Of a stretch of DNA of 64,000 bases, positions 1-11,758 are shown one piece after another. This DNA is from Harriotta raleighana (lineage: Eukaryota). The stretch covers positions 9,703,081 to 9,767,080 of the forward strand of contig JBNZDD010013727.1 in assembly GCA_050575255.1 (NCBI GenBank), in the 5' to 3' direction. The first letter of the stretch is position 1. The number at the start of each line of letters is the position of its first letter. Below the pieces are notes generated by a model that ran no database searches, had not been told where the DNA came from, and saw only the letters and a list, made by a program, of their open reading frames with translations. The position numbers and the translations under genes were made by a program.

Positions 1-334
1 GTTCCCCAAAGCGTAGACCAGTCCATTGACTAGTCATCCTATCATTAAAAGTACCTGCAGGATGAAATGGGAGGATGATCAGGTTTCTTTTCTAGAAGGA
101 AAAAAACAATGATAATCTTAATAATCTGAACTAGTCGCATTATCTTTGATGATGATTCGATACAATTGACTTACCCCATTAAGAATGGGAAAATAAACAT
201 TTACATTTATGTGCTATTTGTTCTACTATAGTTCAAGTTGGGTTCCATGTAGACCCATGGTTCCTTTGTGAGCAATAGTTGAATTCTGTTCAACAGAATG
301 ATCTAGCTAAGTGTGTTATTTAAAAAACAAAAAT

Positions 335-495
335 CTGGCGTTTGATTATAGCACCTTATCATGTTGTAGAGACTTCTGAAAACGCTTTTCAGAATATACT
401 ATAAAGTGATTTGCTGTATATTTTGTGGGTGACATGTGGTAGCCAATTGCACACAGTCAAACAGTCATGGATTAAGTGACCAAATTATTATTATT
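335..495 (-). mobile_element. 3' fragment of tRNA-derived SINE
   Basis: Matches the reverse complement of the SINE body/tail seen intact at 23812-24128 (gtagccaattgcacacag, aatatactataaagtga). Confidence 0.7.
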
Positions 496-1549
496 ATAAT
501 GGATAATATGGATTAAAAATCCAACTGGCCCTGTGCTAATTGTTATCACATGCTGTTTGTTGCAATGTTAAAAATTGCAATCAAACCAGATTTATTTTTA
601 ACTGCGGGTGAATTAATTCATGGTAGTGCAATATACAGGTAGTGTAATATACTCCGCTCACCACTTTCTTTACTGATTTTAGTGAAGTACTATAGATTAA
701 AATCCATGAGAGTTCTCACGAACACTGCCTTCTAGTGGTTGGTTCACACCTGTTTTGGTCTGAAGTCTTCAGCAATCACTTTTAATGTTATCATCTGGGC
801 AATAAGAAATTATAATGAATGTTTGCATTTGGTGGCATACTTAACCATGTTGCCAATGTCTCAAAGCACTTCACGGGATTCACTGTAAAGCTTAGTCACT
901 GTATTTGTAGGAATAAGACATTTGATTGCCACTTCACAGGATAGTAAATTGGGTTAAGCCCTTGACTCATGAAGCAGCTCAAATACTTTGCAGTCAACCA
1001 TCTCAAAATAACTACGAGAGGTAGAATCAATTTAGAATCCAACAAATATGCTATTTTGGCTTCAACGTTTAGCAGTATTGGCTTTTAAAATATAGTACCC
1101 TTAAGTTTGAAATCTGCCTTGTAGTGTGGCTAAATCCGCTGCCCTATAAAACTTTTTGATCGTTCGAAATACATGTGTATATACAAACACAGCTGGACAT
1201 CTTTGTTCATATCATAATCTGACTATGAAGACCATGACACTTCCTGTAACATAGTCTTTTGCTCAGTACAAATGGTATGTCAGCCTTGCCTGAGCTCACG
1301 TCCCATCAATGTGAAACCTTGAACCCACACAATGTGTGACCCAGAGGCCTTACCCAGAAGCTCCTCATGCAGATGTAGATAAGAAGTGGTTATGATTTTA
1401 GGAGTATGAACAAACTTGAATTGGGTACTTCAATTCTGAAGTTCAGGAGTTCATTTGGAAAAATAAATACATTTCTGGAATGTGTCTGAATCCTTGTCTG
1501 CTTTCAGTGCCTACAGCTGAAGTCCTCGCAATTCCCTTACAGATAAATA

Positions 1550-2130
1550 CAATTAGTCCTTGCTTAACGTCATAGTTGTATTCTTGAAAAGTGCGACTTA
1601 AGCGAACAAAGTTAAGCGAACACATTTTAGGTACTTCTGGACATTTTTCATAAATTTTTTCTAAATAAAACATTATAAATTGAAATAAGTCTACATTCAT
1701 AAGTGTAGAATATTAAATAAATTAAAATAACATAACACTCACGGCATCAAAACGGATTAAAACATTAATTTCATTTTGAGAGTAATAGTTTTCTTGTTTT
1801 TTTGCTACCTGACTCACAACTGTCACTTCCTGGGGGTTTTTAACTCGTGCTTATAGAGGATTGCACAAATAAATCACGGGAAAAAATATTGCCGATCTCA
1901 CACCTGGGCACAAACTTAAAATGGCAACATTAAAACTGAAGATGGACGCTGTGTCAGAATACTGGACGGTAGGCTATGCAACCAAAAGTACAGTAGTTCC
2001 TTTCCACCCGTTAGTGAACAATGTAATGTAATAGAAAACATTACGACATTAAGTGGATATGTTCTCTATGTATCAGCAACGTAATAACAAAACAACGCTG
2101 ACAAAAGCAACGTTAAGCCGGATCTACCTG
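1550..2130. mobile_element. Non-autonomous Tigger/pogo-like (Tc1/mariner) DNA transposon
   Basis: Imperfect TIRs CAATTAGTCCTTGCTTAACGT and ACGTTAAGCCGGATCTACCTG with TA on both flanks. Related end sequences occur at ~2500 and ~19890. Confidence 0.75.
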
Positions 2131-2499
2131 TACAGGACTACACCTGATGTCACTGATGTTGGTCAGACACAAATTATGAAGATGTGCTGAAACATATTTC
2201 TATAAGACATAAGTGATTCATCTTTGGTGTCAAAAGGAATACTTACATTCTTTTTTAAAAAAAAAGGTTATAAATTTCCCAAGGGGGAAGAAATGAACCT
2301 TCCTGCTGGAAATGTGCTCTGAATTCTCTTTAAAGAAGTGGCTTTGAATTGATTTTGTTTGAATTGCACAAATAAACGTAATGTCCAGAGCATTTAATTG
2401 CTGAGTAAAAAGCATGAAAATGCTGTCATATCTTCAGGCAGCTTTGTTGAAAAAATAGAGATTATTATCCAACTCCTACTCCAAAAAATATAGATTATT

Positions 2500-3095
2500 G
2501 GGACTCCTCAATTAACGTTAGGGATATGTTCTTGAAAAGTGCAATTTTAAGTGAAACGACGGATAGCAAAATCTAAATTACCATAGGCCATAATGCTATC
2601 AATAGGGGTTACACTTACATTAATATTAAATAAAAACCAAAAACAACACTACTGTACTAGTATTGTAAATTTAAATAAAAGTTTAATAAATATATAAATA
2701 AGGTAAAAATACAATTAATAGAACACTTACTGGAGATAGTTTATGTCGTGAGTGAGAGGGGGTGGAGTCATTCAGATGAAGGGGTGGCATTACCTGCCTC
2801 TTGTATGCATCCCCAGAGGTGCCTCCCTCACGCCGCGGCCCCAAACAGCAGATCGCTGGCACGTGTTTGCGCCTTTTTACATTTTTTCTAAAGTTGTCAA
2901 TGTACGGATGAGCATTTTAAAGTGTTTTCAATTGTATTTATTATCTTATTTATTTGCTAAACAACTATTGTAAAATGTAATCAGCTAATATCCCTTCAAT
3001 TAATCCAATTTTCTAATTTTTTCTAACTTTATTCATCAAAACCGTATAATCTAAATAATGTATATTGCGACGACAAATAGAGAGAAGTACCAGTA
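2500..3095. mobile_element. Degenerate Tigger-like element related to 1550-2130
   Basis: Start ctcctcaattaacgt...gttcttgaaaagtgc...taagtgaa resembles the left end at 1550. The right boundary is uncertain. Confidence 0.45.
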
Positions 3096-3159
3096 TTTTA
3101 AGTTTCCTCCTTATCCACTGATGATTCTGAAGAATACAATTACATTTGAATTACAGTAC

Positions 3160-3490
3160 CTATGCAGCCCCTGTTCTCCATTGCAAAAGTTCTGTGAGTC
3201 CATCAGGCTCTGGCTTGCTCCGACCCACCCTACCATTGGTGAGCGATCCTTCATCCACTTGCCCCCAATCTCTGGAACTCCATCCTGCAATCCCACTGCT
3301 TCGCCCCTCTGTGGCCTCCTTCAAGTCTTGCCTCAAGTCCCTCCTCTTCAACGGCTGCATTGGCCACTCCAAATCCCTCCGTTTCCCTCCACCCTCCCTG
3401 TCCCCATCTTAGGTCTGAAACACGACTGTCCAGCGCCTTGTGATGTCCTCCTGACATGAAAGGCGCTGTACAAGTGTAATTTTGTTATTG
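3160..3490 (+). mobile_element. LINE2 3' fragment
   Basis: ctctggaactccatcc (LWNSIP) motif and tail gcgccttg...tgaaaggcgctgtacaagtgtaatttttgttattg, shared with the L2 copy at 27092-27710. Confidence 0.85.
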
Positions 3491-3519
3491 TGGGTTAGTA
3501 CTTCCATGTTAGTACTTGG

Positions 3520-3846
3520 AACTCTTATAGTTCAAGTTGATGCACCAAAGCATTGTTGGAAGTGATGACCTTCAGGTAAGATGTTAAAGCAAGGCTCTGT
3601 CTACCTATTCAGGTAGAAGTTAAAGGTCTTGTGTCAAAAAGAGAAGGGAGTTCCTCCTGGTGTCCTGGCCAATAATCTCCAAAAATAAAATTGGTCATTC
3701 TTTTTGTGGCTCTGTAGGACATAACTGTGTGCAAACTGCTGCATTTGCCCACAAACAATGACTGTGGACTTTACAGTGTATCCTGTGAAGCACTTTGGAA
3801 CATCCTCCTGACCTGAAAAACTCCATACCAAAATTTAAGGATTATT
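3520..3846 (+). mobile_element. Older Deu-domain SINE (SacSINE/AmnSINE-like) fragment
   Basis: gatgttaaagcaagg...caggtagaagttaaagg...gaagggagttcctcctggtgtcctggccaat resembles the DeuSINE core, followed by an L2-type tail. Confidence 0.65.
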
Positions 3847-4081
3847 TACCATCACTTGGCTCTCCTGGCTCACCATCTCCCAACAGATTTAATTGAAAAT
3901 CCTCTTATTCTCATTCACATCCTTCAATGTCTTCACAAACTCCTACACCTCTACTACCTGGCCGCTCCTTCCATCCTGCTTAGCCTACTTTACATACGTT
4001 GCCCAATCTGTGTTATTAGTGGGTGAATTATCAGCCATTCAGTCCTTGTTCTCTGCATCTCAAACCTAGAAGGTTTTAGAT

Positions 4082-4215
4082 AAACAAAACACAAAATACT
4101 GCAGATGTTGGAAATTTGAATCAGAGAGAGCTGGGAAAACTCAGCAGGTCAGGCAGCATCTATGGAGAAAGGAAAGTGAGTCAATGTTTCAGGTCCACGA
4201 CCCTTCTTCAGTCCC
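4082..4215 (-). mobile_element. Solo Penelope-like terminal-repeat fragment with hammerhead-like core
   Basis: Reverse complement matches 6900-7000 (gatgctgcctgacctgctgag) and contains CTGAAGA-AGGGTCGTGGACCT-GAAAC. Confidence 0.75.
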
Positions 4216-4584
4216 TCTGGAAGGTTTTCAGCTCTGATTAGCTAATTTCAGTGCAGTGCTGGTGTAGTCATAATTGGCTCAAGGCCCTGGGGAAGGGAGG
4301 AATTGAGGAAAATCAAGTTATATTCTTTTTTTCTTGATCACTGAATAGTGGGTGAGGCTGTTTTGAGCTTGACTGGTTTCTACATCACAATGCCGTGAAG
4401 ACTCATCCACAAAAATAGCTTCTTGACTAAGATATTTGAGGGCTGTCCCCACCCATGAAGCTGCACCTAAGCATGAGTTAGTGTCTTCAGTTGAGGAGGG
4501 GTAAAAGTTAAATTTTTCATTGTATACTGTATATTTGTTGTTGTCTTTGGTGATTGTGGATTTCAAAGTTATTCGTATACATTG

Positions 4585-4840
4585 TTAGCCTGGTTCAGTC
4601 GGTAGCATTATCACTTTTTAAATTAGAAAGATGTGATTCAAGCTGGACTCTCACTCCAGTGCTGTGTTGGGGGAGCCTCCGCTGCATTGTGGTAAGTGAC
4701 ATCTCATCCTCTAACAATGTAGCACTTCTTTCGCCCTGGGTGGGTCAGCCTAGACTAGTTCCGAATCCGAATGTGAAGAATTGAACCCACAACTTTCTGA
4801 TTTAGGGGCAAGAGTGCTACCAGCTGAGGCAGGCTGTCAC
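4585..4840. mobile_element. Two oppositely oriented old SINE head fragments
   Basis: + head gttagcctggttcagtcggtagca... at ~4585. - head ...ttgaacccacaactttctga...agagtgctaccagctgaggcaggctg ends at ~4840. Confidence 0.55.
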
Positions 4841-5989
4841 CCAACTTATTTTTAAGAAGCCAAGGAGAAGTGTTCAATCACGAGGTTTTTCTTGTTCACT
4901 CCTATTTATTTGGAATCACTGTGATTCTGTGATATGATTACAGGCAGAGGGTGATTATAGCTGCCCGTTTTGTAACCCGCTGAGTAACAGCACTGAAAGC
5001 ACATTGCTTTGTGAACCAGGTTCAGATAATAATTCTATGAGACAAAAGAGATGAGAGTTAGAAATTTGGATTTATTTTCTTACTCGTTCTTTCCTCTTAT
5101 TTCCCACCTCCCACTTTAAAAAAAAGGTATTCAAATGACCCAACTTTGTTTCTCTTTCTGTACCACAGCATTTTCCGAATTCTAGATTTGTCACGGTAAG
5201 TGTTGCAATTCTTTGTTGATAGCTACAGTATTTTGATTTAAAAGTTGGGTGGGGTGTGTTTCCATGGTACTAATCTGCAACACTATTGTACTGTTGTTTT
5301 GCAGGGAGTGTTTAGTCTGTTTTCTGCTGAAGAGAAAGCTTTCTCAGGAAAAGCAATATGTTATCACTGAAACATTTTTAAAATTGTATATATTTCCATA
5401 ATCTAACCCGTTTCCAAGAAATATTGGATTTGTTTAGCTTCCATAATCACCTGAAACAGCTTCAATAGTAATCTTAATTCTGAATTCTTAAACTACTATA
5501 GGACACAATTGCTTTGTTCAAGGATTTGGGGGGGGTTTGCAAATGGCTGATGTGGATTGTTTGTCAGCTGGGGCCATAGGTGAATAAACCACACAGTCAC
5601 TGCATTCAAGTGTTTCCTGTAAAGCGATTAGATTCTGATTTGCAAAATCCATGAAGTCAAGAACCCAGCATTGGACTGCTGGTTAGTGATGGTACCTGGT
5701 TCAAGTTTGTCCGCCAGAAAAATCCCCCAAGAAATAATAGCCATTGCCTTGTTGACTAGTTATCCTTATTGTAATGCTGTTTAATGTTAAACAATAGATG
5801 GTTAATAGTTCAAGGATTCCCATTTATTTTTCAGTGGGTGTGAAGAAGGAAGCACTAACTGAAGGAATTCACATTCAGTGTTCTGAATTGCACGCTTTCA
5901 GTGTGGGAATGGGACAGCATTGGTCCCTGAACTTTCAATTAATGCTGTTTAAACAGAATCATTTTATCAGTAACTTGAACAAAAGAAAG

Positions 5990-7000
5990 GACCTCCGCGT
6001 CTCTACCCTCACCCCTTCCCCCTCTTCCTTGAACCTTGATAGAGTCCCCCTAGTCCTCACTTTCCAGCACACTAGCCTCGACATCCAATGCATAATTCTC
6101 CTCCATTTCCGGCACCTCCAGCATGATCCAATCACAAAGCATATATTTCCCTCCTCTCAGCATTCCAAAGGGATCATTCCATCCATGACTCCTTGGTTTA
6201 TTCCTTCATCAACACCAACAGTTGCTCTCATTGCCCTGGCACCTTCCCATGTCAGCGCACAAGGTGCAATACCTGCCTTTTCACCTCCTTTCAGGCTACT
6301 GTCCAAGGCCCCAAGCACAGTTTTTATGTGAGACAGCAATATATGTGTACTACCACCAATGTAATATAATGCATTCGCTGCTCATCATTGGGGAGACCAA
6401 GCGCAGATTGGGTGACCAATTTGCCGAACAGCTCCGTTCTGTCTGCAACTACAACCCTGGTCTACCAGTTTCGTGCCATTTCAACTCTCCTTCCCACTTG
6501 CAGTCTCCATCCATGGTCTCCTACGCTGTTCCAACGAACCGCAGTGCAAGCTCAAGGAACAGTACCTTATCTATCTGCTAAGACCCTTACAGCCCTCTGG
6601 CATCAATATTGATTTCAATTATTTCAGACCATAACAGCTCACCTTTCCTCTACCCATCTTCTCTCACCATCTGATCTGCCTGTTCTTTTGCAATTTCACC
6701 CCCACACCCCTTTGTTCAACGTTATTAACACCTCGTCTCTAGTTTTGTTGCGACCTCTCCCACTTTTATTTTTGTTTTACAACATTAACACTTCTTTAAC
6801 CCATCATCTCCTGTCCTCTACTCCATTTTTTCCTTTGTCTTCCTTTCCCTGCCTCTTTGTCAGTTTTTAAGAATCTCTCCCTCCCAACATGCCCCAGTTC
6901 TAACGAAAGGTCATGGACCCGAAACGTTAACTCACTTTCCTTTCTCTATTAATGCTGCCTGACCTGCTGAGTGTTCCCAGCGATTTCTGTTTTTGTTTCA
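5990..7000 (+). mobile_element. Penelope-like retroelement 3' part (RT C-terminus/linker, GIY-YIG endonuclease, terminal repeat), frameshifted
   Basis: ORF fragments DRVPLVLTFQHTSLDIQCIILLHFRHLQHDP and IIGETKRRLGDQFAEQLRSV...PVSCHFNSPSH (GIY-YIG type). A pyrimidine-rich tract and a hammerhead-like motif follow at 6896-6932. Confidence 0.85.
6896..6932 (+). ncRNA. Degenerate minimal type I hammerhead ribozyme motif
   Basis: AGTT-CTAACGA-A-AGGTC-ATG-GACCC-GAA-ACGT-T-AACT: stem I AGTT/AACT, stem II, GAA, palindromic stem III. Core G5 is changed to A. Confidence 0.6.
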
Positions 7001-8004
7001 TTTTATAGTTCCTAGCAGTGCTGGTATTTTATTACTGTCTTATTGTTACTTTTTTATATAAGTACACAGTTTGGAAATGAGTATCCTATCAATATGCCTA
7101 GAGGATCCTATGTTTGCTGGAGAATATAGAGTTGTGCACTGAGACATAAATTACTTTCCTGGTCTCTAAAATAAATACAAATGTTGTTATTAGGTAGAGG
7201 TTGATTCTAAATTCTAGCTACATTTAGCTGCTATTCTGTTCATCAGATCTCTATACAATGTTTTTTTCAGTTTATGTAGCATTATATACATCAGGCGGAA
7301 TTCTTAACAACTGCTTAACATTCCTAGCTGAGTATCTGAGCTGGTGTGTGGAGATGGAGACTAAATTAATATGGAAGTCAAATCCTGCAACCCATAGCCT
7401 TAACAGGTTGGGTGGTCCTATTTTAACAAGCAGCATGAAGCTCTCAATAACACTATGCAGTTTTAGCTGGTTATACTCCCAACAATACCCCAAAATAACT
7501 TCTGGGTCCTCAAGTGTTTTCTGTGCCAACCTGCACCTAATACTCTCCAGAGTACTCTCCAGAATTAGACAAACGTAGTATGTTCCTCTTCCTGGAGAAG
7601 GTGGCCATCCATTTCAGATAATGAACCTCCATGTTAGGTGACGCACATGGAAGGAACTCTTATCTGATTTGGATACTTTTGATATATCCTATCATGGCAA
7701 TGGGTTTCTTCATGAAGACACCCAGCTGACCCCCAAAAATCATGTAAATGATCCTGACCCATGTAGTAATGATAAAAAAAACCTTGCATTTGATCATACC
7801 AACATCTCAATGTTCTTCCCAATGCTTTCTGTAAAGTGTACTGACTATTTGTTGCCATGGTACAACATGGTACCAGAAGATCACGTGAGCACCAATGTTC
7901 AGCAAACAGTCAAATTTTACCAAGAGAATTATTGGCCAGGACATCAGGAGAAATTGAGAATGTTTCCTTAATCCACACTCATGCCTCAGTTTACCTAGCA
8001 TGAA

Positions 8005-8128
8005 CAGTGAGTTAGGCAGCATCTATGGAGAGAGGGAAATTATTTAACATCAGTGACCTGCTGCGGGTTCCCAGCAAATTCTGTGTTTATGCCAAATTTC
8101 CAGCGTCTGCAGTACTTTACCTTTTGCA
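8005..8128. mobile_element. Penelope-terminal-repeat-derived fragment with inverted halves
   Basis: ggcagcatctatggagag (as in 4152-4170) followed by gacctgctgcgggttcccagcaaattctg...ccagcgtctgcagta in the opposite orientation. Confidence 0.55.
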
Positions 8129-8559
8129 AAGATTATTATTATACAATTGAAAACACTTGTTTGATTGATATTGATCTATCCTGTTTGTCTCGGGCTACTT
8201 TTCAATTGCTATTGTCTTCTAACCTGTCTTTTGAGACTGCAGAATTTTTTCTTTTTAAATTCAGAGTTTGAGATCTTTTACTAAAAGGTTGCAACATATT
8301 GGTGTGTGTGAGAACATTCCTGTTGAGTGACTTGCCCTGTGTGTTTACCATTTTCTTTCTTGTTAATTTTCTCTCCTTTGCCTCTCCCAAGGGTAAAAAT
8401 ATTTAACTTCTGTTTCCTTCAGCCAATGTCATGTGGCAATATGAATCCCTCATTCCTTGCCCGGTATCCATTATTCTTATGTGAACTTTGACTGGTAAGT
8501 TAGGCAGGCTATTTGATTGAGGGGATTGTATGGTGAGTTCTACCTTGTGTGGCATTCAC

Positions 8560-8790
8560 ACAACAACAAAATTACAAGTATGGTGCTTTTCACATCAGGG
8601 GGACGTCCCAAGGCCCTGGACAGTAATTGTTTCAGACCCGAGCTGGGGTCAGGGATGGGGAAGGTGGAGGGAAAGGGGGGATTTGGAGTAACCAATGGGA
8701 CTGTCAAAGAGGCGAGGTTTGAGGCAGGACTTAAAGGAGGCTTGGAGGGGGCGAGGCGAAGGGACTGCAGGATGGAGTTCCAGAGGTTAC
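8560..8790 (-). mobile_element. LINE2 3' fragment
   Basis: Reverse complement of 3270-3490 (gggactgcaggatggagttccagag; caacaacaaaattac tail). Confidence 0.85.
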
Positions 8791-9218
8791 ACAGTCTAAT
8801 TTCAGCAAGAATTTCTGGGTGTAATCAAATATTGTATAGCAATCATGACTTATTTTATCCCACACCTAACCAAAACAAATTGTAGCATTCAAACTGCTCA
8901 TCCAGCTAAGATCAGCTCTCTCAGTTTAAACTGGATTTAAATGTACTTCATTGTGTTTTGTGTTGCTGAGTAGTGCACTGAATGGTGCCTTTATCCACTA
9001 GGTCATTAATGATGTTTTGTATCATTGATATTATTTTAAAAGATCCTGTATGATTAGATAACAGTTCAATAATCAGTCTTCAGATCAGAAGAATCACATT
9101 TTAGGATGCACATATTTTCCCTCAAACTTTCACTTGATATCAGAAACATCTTGATTATGGAGACCATCATAATACAACCTACCTAGGATCCACATATTCC
9201 GTATTTAGTTAAATTATA

Positions 9219-10073
9219 CAGTAAAACCCCGTTTATCCGGCACTCATAGGACCTGGCCAGTGGTGGTTAAACGTTTTTTCCGGTTAAACGGGTTAGAATT
9301 TTTTATATCGAATTTTTTATAATTTAAAAGAATATATATTTTAACACATACCATATTAATAATGGACTAAATAATAACAGAATATTCTATTAGTACATTA
9401 TTATTTATACTTAACTTCGCAATCGCAGCACTGATTTGACGGAAGTAAAACAAAACTCAACTTTAAAAAGCAACGAGTTTAGACCTAATGGCCAGCACAC
9501 ACACACACATAGACAGACACACACATAGATACACAGACAGACAGACACAGACCCTCAAAGATATTCAGTCTGAATCCATCATATAAATTCTGTCCACAAT
9601 CCTCACCCCTCTTCCCCGGCCCTTTCCTTTCTCTCTCTCCCTCTCTCTCTCTGCATCAACCCGCCTGCCTGCATCACTCTCTCGCTCCATTACGCTTTCC
9701 CCCATCTCTCTCCCTCTCTCCCTTTATCCCATCTCTCACTCTTCCCCCTCTCTTTCTCTGTCTCTCCATCCCCCTCCCTCCCTCTCTCAATCTGGGTCTT
9801 CCATTCCTCCCCTCCTCTGCTCCCTCCTTCCTTCTCTCTCTCTGGCCGCTACCTGCAGCTGTATTTATTATGTATACAGTACTTAACTTGCCAACGGCAG
9901 GCATTCATCCGAACGAGGTAAAAAAAAAAAGCCGCTTTTAAAAACGAGTTTAGACCCGACATCAAATGCGTCGCCAGATAACTTCTGGTTAATCGAATCG
10001 GGACTTCTTTTTTGAGATGGCGGTTGAACTGGTTTTCTGATTATTCGAGTCATGGATAAACAAGGTTTTACTG
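9219..10073. mobile_element. Tigger/pogo-like MITE with internal simple repeats
   Basis: TA-CAGTAAAACCCCGTTTATCC ... GGATAAACAAGGTTTTACTG-TA: TIRs plus TA target duplication. Confidence 0.9.
9496..9551 (+). repeat. (CA)n/(CAGA)n microsatellite, followed by a CT-rich tract to ~9843
   Basis: Directly visible. Confidence 0.9.
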
Positions 10074-11226
10074 TATTTGCTAATACTTATCAGTTTTGCA
10101 GCAAGAATCCTGGCCAGCTATTTTCTCCCACCATGACTCCCTATCTTAATTGCAGTTGGAATATAGAATGAGTAAACTCAACACAAATCCAAGATCAAAC
10201 TTACAATAATCTTCTGATCTGACCCACTATTTCCACCATATATTTACCCACAGTACAACAATTTATCTATAGAGGAGTTCTACAGGTAAATTGTTGTACT
10301 GTACAATGAAAGTATAAACTTTTATAAGTATTTGAACTTAATCAAATAAAGGCTACATAGTTGCTTTAAAGATTTCATTTATGCCACATTTTGCACTGAG
10401 CAGTCACATAAAGGATAATTGGAAAGTGAATGTTATGTCAGATAATCCAATCTTATTTAGTGTCTTATTGTTTTTCTACTTATGATAAATGATCATAAGT
10501 AGCTTGCATGTGCTGAAATGAAAAGTGCCAATAACCTGTACTTTAGCTTGTAATTATCTGATTATGACAATCTTTTGAAAGTTAATTCCAGGACACTGTA
10601 ATATGAGTAAGAATGTACAAATGTGTGCTCTACCCATCTTGACTTAATATTCTTTATCTGTACAAAGCTGTAAGGGACTTTGAACTCACATATTCTAGGT
10701 GACTTCATAGGGGATATGTTATGTACTTTACACATGTGAACTGAATAGTTGCAGTTATTGTTTTAATGTTGAACTTTAAAAGGCGAGATGTGAATAATAT
10801 CAGTTTTATATTGTCCCGAACACAATTAGCATTGTTTTTCCACATGTAATTTGAAATCCAATATTTCAATGGAGTTGAAGAATTATCCTGTAACTTCTGG
10901 TGTATTTCCTTTACTATTCCACAATTGTTTTCTCAGTAAAATGCATAGGTTAGGAACTCCTTGTTCAGCAACATGTGCCAATCCATGATTTGTAGTTGTT
11001 AGCATTTATACAGTGCATGTTCCCATAGTTAATTAGAATGCTGTTGTATTGTGCATGTTAGTTTGTTTTAATCTTCACATGGTATTTTGTTGATTAGCCC
11101 GCCTGACTTTTTAGGGTTTGGCTGCAATGTATTATTTGGAAGTCACACTGGAATATAAAATCACTACAATAATGCAAAAAATGTAATAGATCATAGAGGT
11201 TTGTGAGATATTAGTAATCTGACCTG

Positions 11227-11660
11227 CAGTAAAACCTTGTTTATTTGTGACTCTGGAAAACCCGTTCAACCACCATCTCAAAAAAAGTCCTGATTCGATG
11301 AACCGGAAGTTATCCGTCAAATAATGATGACGCGTTTAATGAATTGTCTGTCGCACGCGAGTACTTGTGCAGGTACTCGCACCTGGCCGCTAGTCGGGTC
11401 TAAACTCGCTCCTGCTGCTTTTAAAAGTCGCGTTTTTTCTACCTCCATTGGGTGAGGGCTCCCATTGCGAACTTAAGTATAAATAATAAAGTGCTAATAC
11501 AATATTCTGTTATTATTTAGTCTATTATTATGGTATGTTCTAAAATAATTTTGAATTTTCAAAAAAAAAAAAAAATAATTAAAAAAAATCTGTTCAACCG
11601 GAAAACCATTTAACCGCCACTGGCCAGGTCCCCTGGGTGTCGGATAAATGGGTTTTACTG
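11227..11660. mobile_element. Same MITE family, opposite orientation to 9219-10073
   Basis: CAGTAAAACCTTGTTTAT ... GGATAAATGGGTTTTACTG-TA. The interior is reverse-complementary to the neighbouring copies (cactggccaggtcc; gtcgggtctaaactcg). Confidence 0.9.
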
Positions 11661-11758
11661 TATTTGTAAGTAAATTTGATATTCAAATCAAGTACTGATA
11701 ATATTTGTCAAAAATGTCTCTTAGCTCAAGCATAAATAGCAAAGTTTCGGGCATTATA

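Noticed and set aside
5798-6612. Penelope ORF as an active or domesticated gene
   Set aside because: Split across frames with stops, RT core missing, and the GIY-YIG motif is degenerate.
7258-7971. Several 70-106 aa ORFs on both strands
   Set aside because: No recognisable domain or splice structure; probably decayed retroelement or chance ORFs.
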